Below are positions 41,521-50,816 of a stretch of 64,000 bases of DNA, in pieces. The position numbers and the translations under genes are program-made. The notes beneath the pieces are model-generated. The model did no database searches. It was not told the origin of the DNA and was given only the letters and a program-made list of their open reading frames with translations. Position 1 is the first letter of the stretch; each line of letters starts with the position of its first letter. The DNA is from Obrimoposthia wandeli (lineage: Eukaryota), in assembly GCA_977020255.1 (NCBI GenBank), contig CDROCS010004848.1, positions 248,001 to 312,000 on the forward strand, read 5' to 3'.

Positions 41521-42909
41521 TTATGTTATTGCTTGATGCATGGTTAGCGATAAAAGCACTCCATAGTCCTCTGTTGGTCTGGCATTTGTAGCTCCTGATC
41601 TGGTTGGTGCATCTGCTGGATTATGTTCCGTTCGCACGAATTGCACTCTGATCTTTTTTATTACTGCCATCATTTGAACGGCTATTAGAGTCCACCAGTG
41701 CTGAACTTTCGCTGGTATTCTCCGATTGCGAATACTCCAAACAAGCGCCAGATTATCGCATAGGATAATGTCTCCAGTGGTCGCTTTCCACATCGCCATC
41801 AACACTGCTCGTGCTTCTTGTAGATAGATGTTCTCTTCTTTTAACTTGGCAGTGAGCTCTATTCGAAATGGCTGTGTCTTGGTGACTGCTATTGTGGATT
41901 TGGTGGCATCTGTTGCCCAGACTTGTCCCGATCTCTTCTTCCACGTCCATGTGGCTGCGTATTTCTTGAGGTTGTAGTAGCAGATTTTTCTCAGATCAGA
42001 TCTCATATAATTTGTCACATATGGCCACTTGAGCACATTGCTGACGTAATTGAGGTATCCGATTGCATCATCTGTGAACTGCTCTTTTTCGATGATGTCA
42101 TCAGCAGTGTGCCATTTTTGCTTGCTGATGCTGACCTCTTGTTTTCTGAGATCAATGAGCATGCCACAATACTCGATCTTCGCTAAGGGCTTTAACTGCG
42201 ATTTTTTCCAATTAATTTGTAGGCCCCAACTATTGAAGAAGTCAGAAATCTTGCTCCAAACTAAGGCATTTGGCTTTGCCACGATGAGAATGTCATCAAT
42301 GTGGACATGTGCCAGGTCGACGATCCATTTGCCTTTCAACTGTTGTAGAATTCTGGATATAGTCCACTGCAAAATAGCTGGGCTTTGACGAAGGCCCATT
42401 GGGAGTCGCGTAAAGCGATAATACTGATCCTCATTCCAGAAGTTTGTGAGATGACGAGCTGCTTGTCTGATCTTCACCTGATAAAAGGCTCCTTTGAGAT
42501 CAATCCTGATGGCAAGCCTATCATTAGGCAAAAGCTGTAGCCTGTTGGCCAAATTCGGGATCTTCATGTGTAACTGCGGCAGGTGTGGAGTCAAATGTTT
42601 GAAATCCACAATTAATCTTCTAAGGCTAGAATTCGCCTTGGGAACCATTCTCACTTGAGAGCAAAACGGTCCTTTAGTAGATTTCTCAATGATTCCTGCT
42701 TTAAACAGAGCATGAACACATGCATTGATGTGTTGCTTCTCTTCTGTTGGCACATTGTATCGCTTTCTCTGCCTAGAGGCTTTAATTGAGGCAAAGGGCG
42801 CATAACCCTTGGTAGCCATCATACTCATCCTTCCGTCAAGATCGACGTCACTACTTAAACCAATGAAGCAGCATATGCTATATTTCCCAACATGTCCGTT
42901 TGTTTTCAA
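41521..42909 (-). CDS. Reverse transcriptase-RNase H, hepadnavirus-like/DIRS-like, uninterrupted (first ATG at 42828)
   Basis: RLIVDF, IDLKGAFYQ, LPMGLRQSP, HIDD, GLQINWKKS. RNase H WATDAT, IYLQE, LCDN, EHNPADAPTR. Confidence 0.93.
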   Translation of the reverse strand: MKTNGHVGKYSICCFIGLSSDVDLDGRMSMMATKGYAPFASIKASRQRKRYNVPTEEKQHINACVHALFKAGIIEKSTKGPFCSQVRMVPKANSSLRRLIVDFKHLTPHLPQLHMKIPNLANRLQLLPNDRLAIRIDLKGAFYQVKIRQAARHLTNFWNEDQYYRFTRLPMGLRQSPAILQWTISRILQQLKGKWIVDLAHVHIDDILIVAKPNALVWSKISDFFNSWGLQINWKKSQLKPLAKIEYCGMLIDLRKQEVSISKQKWHTADDIIEKEQFTDDAIGYLNYVSNVLKWPYVTNYMRSDLRKICYYNLKKYAATWTWKKRSGQVWATDATKSTIAVTKTQPFRIELTAKLKEENIYLQEARAVLMAMWKATTGDIILCDNLALVWSIRNRRIPAKVQHWWTLIAVQMMAVIKKIRVQFVRTEHNPADAPTRSGATNARPTEDYGVLLSLTMHQAIT

Positions 42910-42983
42910 ATTGAATGTATCAAATATACCAATTAGATGTTCAAATAGTATAAATAGAAGAAATCAGTTTATAATAATTAGAA

Positions 42984-43630
42984 ATGATTTTTTACAATAT
43001 CAAATTAGTGAATATTAAGTACAAGGGAATGGTTGTAAGTAACATTCAACACTTACCATTTCGGACTTCGAAGCCTCATCAGTATTGACTCAAGTGTGAA
43101 GGTTACACTATTATCATTTTCAAATCTGGTAATTTATTTTTACATTTAATTATAATTATAATTTAGAAACATGCAGAATAATGGGTTGTAAAACAGTGCT
43201 GGATGAAAGCAATCTTCCTTTTGATATAAAAATCGAAAGAATCCAATCAATCAGTCTCAATAGCAATCTAGAAACATCAATAAACCTAAACAAGATGAGC
43301 AAGAGTACGGATTCGGAAACTGTTTACGTGCCAGAAATCTGCCCGGGACTTCGATACGTCAAGTACAATCCACTATGCGTGAAAGCTTTTGCGAGCCGGA
43401 AGATTATGATACTTGGTGTTAAATCTTTAAATTATGAATATCTGATTGAATGTATTTTGTTTAATATACATATTCACACTTGTGTTATTTATTTCCTAAA
43501 CAAATACAAGCAAATAGTCAGAATGCTACTAAAAATAGATAAAAATAGAGACAAAGAGATCACATGTCATTACTTGCAAATTGTTGCAAAAGTTGTAATG
43601 TTACTAAAAATAGATTTTTCTGGGTTATAA
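42984..43630 (+). pseudogene. TATA-binding-protein-like gene with a 38-bp intron (43129-43166), one in-frame stop
   Basis: Repeat 1 LVNIKYKG...TIIIFKS|..CRIMGCK. Repeat 2 IQSISLNSNL...YVPEICPGLRY...VKAFASRKIMILGVKS (TBP consensus YEPELFPGLIY / LLIFSSGKIVITGAK). Confidence 0.75.
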
Positions 43631-43924
43631 ACGATATTTGATTTGCTTTATCATAAAATGGATGAAATTATTGAATTTAAAGAGGTACAGGATGCATTAA
43701 AAGATCTTGCTACAGTTATTGTCGGTGCTTTAATTAATCATATTTATTTGTAGTTTATTTAACTCTTTAGGTTACGTCATCAACTACATTTACATGAGAT
43801 GTTAAATAAAATGCAAAGATTGAATAATACTCCAATCAAATCATATGGCTATGATGAAACTGATGTTCCAATGAAATCAAACCTCGTTTAGTATATAAGA
43901 ATAAATTGACTCTGAATTGATAAA

Positions 43925-44378
43925 ATGGAGAAAAATCACAGAAAAATTAAACAAAACAAAAATAATTGAGATTTTAGTAAATTAATTATATATTGATAAT
44001 TATCGAGATGCTTTGGATGAAACTAAACTTTTTAAATCCGATTTCAATCATGTTATCAATACATCTATACTGGATAAAATATCTTATAAGAAATTAAAAT
44101 ATACTTCTGTTTTTGTAAACTCAAAATTAGGAGAAACAATAATGAAGTATTATAAACAGACTAATAATATAATTAAAGAAACTATCGAAAATGGTGGTAA
44201 GATTTTAGTATGTGGTCATTATGGTTGTTTACATGCTGCTTGCATTGTTATTGCATTTTTATCTCATTCGATGGGTGTTACTGCTGCTTCCAATCTTGTT
44301 AAAACTAAACGGACTATTGCTGCTCCTAATGAAGCTATGCTTCATCAAATATGTATTTTTAATCGTTATCATGTGTAA
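43925..44378 (+). pseudogene. Dual-specificity phosphatase-fold protein with a non-catalytic P-loop
   Basis: LYIDNYRDALD, HVIN, GGKILVCGHYGCLHAACIVIAFL, VKTKR..APN...HQI. Stop and frameshift near the N-terminus. Confidence 0.8.
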
Positions 44379-44921
44379 ATTTATTCGTTTTTATCTTTAT
44401 TAATCAGTATCTATATTAGTTTGGGTCTTTATTAGTCAGTGTCTTTATTAGTCAGTGTCTTTATTAGTCAGTGTTTTTTATTAATCAGTATCTATATTAG
44501 TTTGGGTCTTTATTAGTCAGTGTCTTTATAAATCAATCAGATTTCAGATGTATAGTATTTAAGCAGATTACTTTTTACTGCTTCTTCATTATATATACTC
44601 CAAATTATTTCAAGCAAGATATTGACAAGGCAGTGAAGAGCTTCATCTCGAAGAATGCCATAGAAGAAGATGTCCTGAAACTCATCAATGCTTCAAATCT
44701 ACCCCTGGAGGAACACATAAGAAGAATGGTGCACGACAAGGCAGTCAATTGTCTCATTCTGGGATACGATCAGAAGAAAGAAGAAATTCCAAAGAAAGAA
44801 GAGAAAATGAGCTTTTTCTGGGAGAAGAGTTTTTATTGTTTATTAGTGGATGTATTATAATAAAATATTTTAAATAGCTTTGTCTTATAAACATTATCCC
44901 GTAAAATCTAATATTTTTAAT

Positions 44922-45572
44922 ATGAACTTAAAAATAATTCAGTTAATCAGATTGTAGGTTCTATTGGCAGTGGGAAAACTCATTTTATATGTAAGTTACT
45001 GCAAAATAATAAATACTTTACTTTTAAGTTTAATAAGATATATTGGCATTAGGGAGGAGATGGAGAAGCTGGTTTAACCAGTAAAGAGTTTAAGAAAATC
45101 AAAAATATAAAAGTCATTAATGGATTCGATGATAATTGGTCTGATCGATTACAACGACATGATGTTATTGTTATTGATGATTTATATCAAGAAGCAAATA
45201 AAGAGAGTGATTTCAATAATTTATTCACTAAAATAGCACGACATCGAGAAGCTACTGTTATTTTCATCACGCAAAATCTATTTTTATCAAGGAGGGAATC
45301 ATAGAAATCGTATTTAAAATGTACATTACCTTGTTCTCTTCAAGAATCCACGTGATCAGACGGTTGTTGATTTTGTTTCAAGACAAGCTTACCCGAATAA
45401 TATAAATTTCCTAATTGATTCATTTTACAATGCAACTATTATTCCTCATGGTTACATTTTTATTGATTTTACTCAAGATTGTCCCGATGACTTTAGAGTT
45501 AGAACTGATATATTCAATCCATCAGGAATTACCGTATATAAACAAACAAAGAAACCAGTTTCTCGAAGATGA
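44922..45572 (+). pseudogene. A32/FtsK-like packaging ATPase
   Basis: GSIGSGKT, VIVIDD, KIARHR..VIFITQNLF, YLVLFKNPRD, HGYIFIDF. Contains stops and frameshifts. Confidence 0.92.
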
Positions 45573-45801
45573 TTTTTAAAAAAGAAACTGTTAAACCTGA
45601 AGTTAAAAAATTGATTAAATCAGTTTTAAGCGCAAGGAAAATGGTTGCTCAAAAATCAAATAAGAAAAGAATTGTTAATAAGAAATCTAGGAGTATTTAT
45701 TGAAATAGGAGTATTTCAATTATCTCATACGTGCACCTGCTATTCGCCGCCTAACTATTCTTAAATCATTCCCTACTTTTGTAATTGATGATTTACTTAA
45801 T

Positions 45802-46008
45802 GTGATACAGAAAATAGTTTTTAATAAAATAATTGTCAAGGCTAACATGAATCGGCACAAGAAACCTATATTTGATTTGTTTCATGCCAAAACACGAATC
45901 GGTAAACGTAAGTTGCTGTATAAGCAAAGTGGTGGATTTTTAGAATTTTTCGTACCAATTATTAGCTCAATAGTTGGTGCACTTGCTAGTAGACTAATAA
46001 AACGATGA
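45802..46008 (+). CDS. Small Polinton virion protein with a GG motif and an amphipathic C-terminus
   Basis: KQSGGFLEFFVPIISSIVGALASRL, the typical QxGGF + helix motif of Maverick small structural ORFs. Confidence 0.55.
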   Translation: MIQKIVFNKIIVKANMNRHKKPIFDLFHAKTRIGKRKLLYKQSGGFLEFFVPIISSIVGALASRLIKR

Positions 46009-46105
46009 TTATAAACATAAATTTGAATCAATAATATGAATTTATATATGGGATCACTTCCATCTATTCCTAAATTAAATATAAAAATCAAATCGTTTTG
46101 TTGTA

Positions 46106-47134
46106 ATGGAGAAAATATGGTTCGATCCAAGTCATCCCGTTGGTTACACAGGAGTTTCAAAATTAGCAAAAGAGACAAAGAAAGGGAAAAAGGAAACTCA
46201 GGCGTGGTTGAGAAATCAATTAGCTTACAGCTTAAACAAACCAATGATACGTCAGTTCCCAACGAGATCATACAAAACGAGCGGGCAAAATGGTTTATGG
46301 CTAGCAGATTTGATGGAAATGATTCCGTATGCCAGTATTAACGGTGGACATCGATATATTTTAATGATATTTGATGTCTTTAGCAGATTTGCACGAGCTA
46401 TTCCATTAAAGTCTAAGTCTGGTATCGATGTTTTAGAGGCAATGAAGCTTTTGATTAAAGAAATAAAACCAATAAATTTCCAAACAGACAATGGAAAGGA
46501 GTTTTATAATAAACATGTTAGTGCACTATTAAAAAAACATAATATTAATCATTACTCAGTATTTTACCAATATAAAACTGCTTTAGATGAACGTTTTAAT
46601 CGAACATTGAGAGATCGATTGAAAACGTATTTCACAAAGCAGGGAAATACGTCCTGGGTCACTGTTTTACCTCAAATAATACATGCATACAATCATAGTG
46701 AACACTCATCATTAGACCGAAAGAGACCCGTTGATGTTACAGATGAGAATGCTATGGAAATTCGAAAACGCCATAACCAAAGTCAAGTTGTAAAGAAACC
46801 CAATTATAAAGTTGGTGATTATGTACGTATTTCTCAAATTAGTACTACTCCTTTTATAAAGAATTTCAAAGAGAATTGGAGCGATGAAGTATTTTGTATA
46901 ACTAAAATTGATAATAAACATGTGCCGGTAATGTATTTCATTGAGGATGAGAGCAATAATGTAATCACGGGTAAATTTTATCATGAGGAATAACAATTCT
47001 TGTCTGAGAAACTAAATGTATATAGAATTAAAGAAATCTTAGAGACAAAAGGGAGAGGAAAGCATAAACAATATTGTGTTAAGTGGCATGGATATACTGA
47101 ACCTAGTTGGATAATAGCTTCTCAAATAGAATGA
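46106..47134 (+). pseudogene. Retroviral-like (c-)integrase with C-terminal chromodomain, premature TAA at 46991
   Basis: WLADL, DVFSRFA, QTDNGKEF, ERFNRTL, AYNHSEH. In frame after the stop: YRIKEIL...YCVKWHGYTEPSW. Confidence 0.95.
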
Positions 47135-48151
47135 ACTCAATGTATGTTGTATTACCAAGTAATGGTTCGCCATTAACTCAACCGAATAATACTGCTAATA
47201 CGTTAAGTATTGATTATCAAAGCTCAATCAATTTACCTGGTGCTTGGGAAGCTGCTCTGTTGGAATTTTCTTTCCATTACTCTCCTCTATCTATTCAAAG
47301 TGAAACTGAGATTGAATATATTACTCAACAAGAAGCTAATAAATTAACTGATGTGACTTTACTATTTGATAAAGGTCAAATGGATTTGGCTCGTATTAAG
47401 GCCGGCAATGATTTCACAATCTTTTTAAATAAAGAAAATCGAATTCAAATTTTAGGACAAGGGGATAATTTTGAAATAGTTTTTAATGATGAAATTGTTG
47501 CAGAACAATATGGATTTCCAACTAACTCTGATAAAGGAAAGCATGTGTTTTTAGGAATTATGGATAAACACATCAAGTATCCAATAATTACATTCAAGAT
47601 AAAAATCAGATTCACTAAGCAAGAGAGGAAATTATATCCAGTTCCCAATGATTTTCTTTTTCCCGATAGTGAAAGCTTATGTAAACATTTTAAAACAGTG
47701 TTACCAAATGTATTTGAAAACTTTAAACTAGTTAATAAATTGATTCATTTCAAATTGAAATCAAATATTGTTAAAGATGTCATGGATAAATCATTAGCCT
47801 CAATTATCGGTTTTGATGAAAATGAATTTGAAAATAAAAATAAGGTTTTCAAAGCAAAGATTATTCCTAAAATGACTAATGCATATAATCAAATTTATAT
47901 TTACACGAGTATTACTGAACCAATATTCGTAGGAGGAACTAAACTTCCCTTAATAAAGCAATTTGGGTTCAGCAGGAAAAGCACAAGTATGGTGATGTTA
48001 TACATATTCCAATTGAAAATCCAATGTATATTCCCGTGAGTTCTTCTTCTATAAACAATATTGAAGTTAATATACGTATGATTCTGGAAGATTAATTACA
48101 TTTGATTACGAAGCTAAAACAAGTTCAACGGTTCATTTTCGTAAATTATGA
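47131..48151 (+). pseudogene. Minor capsid (penton-like) protein, frameshifted near the C-terminus
   Basis: MYVVLPSNGS..QPNNTAN...WEAALLEFSF; IYIYTSITEPIFVGG; MYIPV...IEVNI; VHFRK*. Confidence 0.85.
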
Positions 48152-48488
48152 TTGATTCAAGTATAATCGATGCGTATAGTAAACCCATACAAGGAGGTGA
48201 TTTGCCTTATTTTGTGGGAAAACAGTATAGATCAGGATGGATGAAAGTGTTTGATCGCTTTGCTTTCCCACTACTCAAGCGACTCGGAAAAAAATACTTT
48301 TCTAGTGATTAGAAATTTCTTCCCACACTAAAGGATGCAGCCTTGGATCAGGTGAATGAAATTTCTCCAAGTCTAGCTGAATATTTGAAAAAGAAAACTC
48401 AAAAAGGAAGTGGTTATAAACGTAAGAAAACATCTAAAGTATTGGGTATAAAGAAACGTTTGAAACTAGGTGGAACAATTTTAAGTAA
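48148..48488 (+). pseudogene. Small basic core-like virion protein
   Basis: IQGGDLPYFVGKQYRSGW...FPLLKRLG and a Lys-rich tail, located between penton and MCP. Confidence 0.55.
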
Positions 48489-49717
48489 TGAGTTGTGCTA
48501 AAACTGAATTGTGTATGTTTGATAAACCTATACCTCAGGTTGTGGTTGATAGTGCTAGTTTTGAAGAAATACTTCCGACAAATACAGTTAACGGGACATC
48601 TTCTCCGGATTTAGAATTCAATATTAATGGATCCAATACTCAATATCTTGATTTGAATGATAGTTTATTTCTCATTAAATTGAAAGTATTAAAGGAAGGA
48701 GGAGGTGATTTGGATGATAATTTGGATATCAAATCAGCTAATTTTATGTTGTATACTCTTTTCAAGGATATGATTCTCAGTCTCAATAATGTAAAAGTTG
48801 AGGGAAATAATACTAGTTACACCCATAAAGCAATGATTGAAACATTACTGAATTACGGTAATGATACAAAATTGATTAATCTTGATGCAATTGGGTTTGA
48901 TGATGATGATAAAAGAAGAACAGCTTCGATTGCGAAATCTAAAGTATTGTCACTTTGTGGGAGTCTCCATTTAGATTTCTTTAAGCAACCAAAGTATCTT
49001 TTACCCGGTGTAAGGGCACATATTCGAATGGAGAGAAATCCAGTAGGTTTTAGTGTTGTTTGCGATGATACTATTAGAGCAGCAATTGAGATTACGGAAG
49101 CAAAACTGCTGGTTCGTAGAGTAAAGGTGAAACCATCTGTACTCGTTGCACATCGAATAGGGTTGGAGAAGCAAAATGCATGTCATCCTATTAGAAAAAT
49201 TAATCTTGTTTCTCATGCTATCCCTACGGGAGCACTATCTTATTACAAGGATCAGATTTTTGGAGATATGCAACTTCCAAACTTTGTTTTAATTGCTTTT
49301 CAAAACACTTCTACCTATGGAGGTGAGTCTAAAAATGAGGTTTCTCAATTTGGACACATGAATGTGAGTTCAATTAAACTTGCACGAAATATTGATTATC
49401 AAGAATCTTATACGAATGACTTTGAAAATAATGATTATGTGTTTTCTTATGTGCAATCTTTAATTAGAAATCTTGATCATTTGGATAAGGATGCTAATAT
49501 TGGAATTTCAATGACTGATTTCAAGGACAAGTATACACTGTTCACATTTGTTCTCTCTCCTGATTTCAATATTAATCAAGCTCAAATCCCTAAACAGGGA
49601 AATTTGTAAGTAGAAATCACGTTTTCAAAAGCACTTGAACATCCTACTAATATTATAATCTATGGAGTATTCGATTCTGAGGTTCAAATTACCAAGGGAG
49701 GAACAGTACTAGTATAA
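48488..49717 (+). pseudogene. Major capsid (double jelly-roll, hexon-like) protein, premature stop at 49607
   Basis: MSCAKTELCMFDKP, LDLNDS, LFKD..LSLN, LHLDFFKQPKYLLPGV, KYTLFTFVLSPD. Continues in frame as GNL*VEITFSKAL. Confidence 0.92.
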
Positions 49718-49747
49718 ACAGAATGAAAACAATAAAGAAGATATAAA

Positions 49748-50124
49748 TGAAGTAAGTCAGTTTGAATTAATTAATTAATATATATTCTAGTTCGGACAAG
49801 ATAACAAAAAGCGGAAGAAAACTACTCGGTTCGCATTTCAATGGAGTCTACAATCTTGAAAATATCCCGTCTTTGACTCGTCTAGGTGGATAAGTAATCA
49901 TTACACATTCATCTAATTTGTGTGGTGAAAATTGGATTGCAAAAAATGTTAAATAAAATGAAATCTTTGTTTTTGACCCATTTAGGATATATTACCCTTC
50001 TAAATTAGTATCTACAGAACTTGACTCTGGAAAGAAAGTATATTTTAGTAAGAAACATTATCAAAATGTTTTAACACAGTCATGTGGACAACTCTGTCTG
50101 CTTTGGTTAAAGCATAAACAATAG
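49748..50124 (+). pseudogene. Adenain-like cysteine protease
   Basis: GENW (His position mutated), FVFDPF, YQNVLTQSCGQLCLLWL. Confidence 0.8.
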
Positions 50125-50159
50125 ATATAAACAATATCAAATAAAATTAATTGTATAAA

Positions 50160-50640
50160 AAATATCTGTTTATTTTATTGATTTTGAAGCTTTTATTGAT
50201 AATAATATTGAATTTGTAATAAAGGAACTATGTATAATGGATGTGGATGCAATCTTCTATCCTGAACACTATGTTTTTAAAATGCTACCTATATGGGGTA
50301 TGATGAATAGAAAATCAAGAAAAATAAATATATATCTCATTAAGCATTACCATCGACTAAAACTAGTTGATGGTAATAGTTATTTCAAGATACAAGAAAT
50401 AACTGAGAAAATAAAACGTTGTTGTGATGTATCCAAATCAATTTTCTATAATTTATAAATAATGGAGCTAAAATAAAGACAATCAATAAATATTTTCCTG
50501 AATTTAGAGTGATAAATTACTCGAAAACATTAAAACAATTAAATCCATCAAATATCAATTGTCCATATATTAAACATGGCGAGCATTGTGCATACAAGAA
50601 ATGCTTTGCAGCTAGTTTGGATTATTTATATATTAATGCA
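50160..50640 (+). pseudogene. DEDD/DnaQ-like Polinton ORF with a C-terminal Cys/His motif
   Basis: FIDFEAF..VIKELCI at the N-terminus, CPYIKHGEHCA at the C-terminus. Confidence 0.55.
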
Positions 50641-50816
50641 AAATCAACTACTTACATTAATCAGTAAACTATTTTCAATTCTGATTTGTTTTAATAATAA
50701 ATGAATCTGATTGGTTTAAATAATGAATTAATCTGATTGGCTTAATACTAGCTCGAAAATAGTATATAAGCAAGCCTCAATCAACAAATAACTCTCTATT
50801 ATAAACGAAATTGAAA

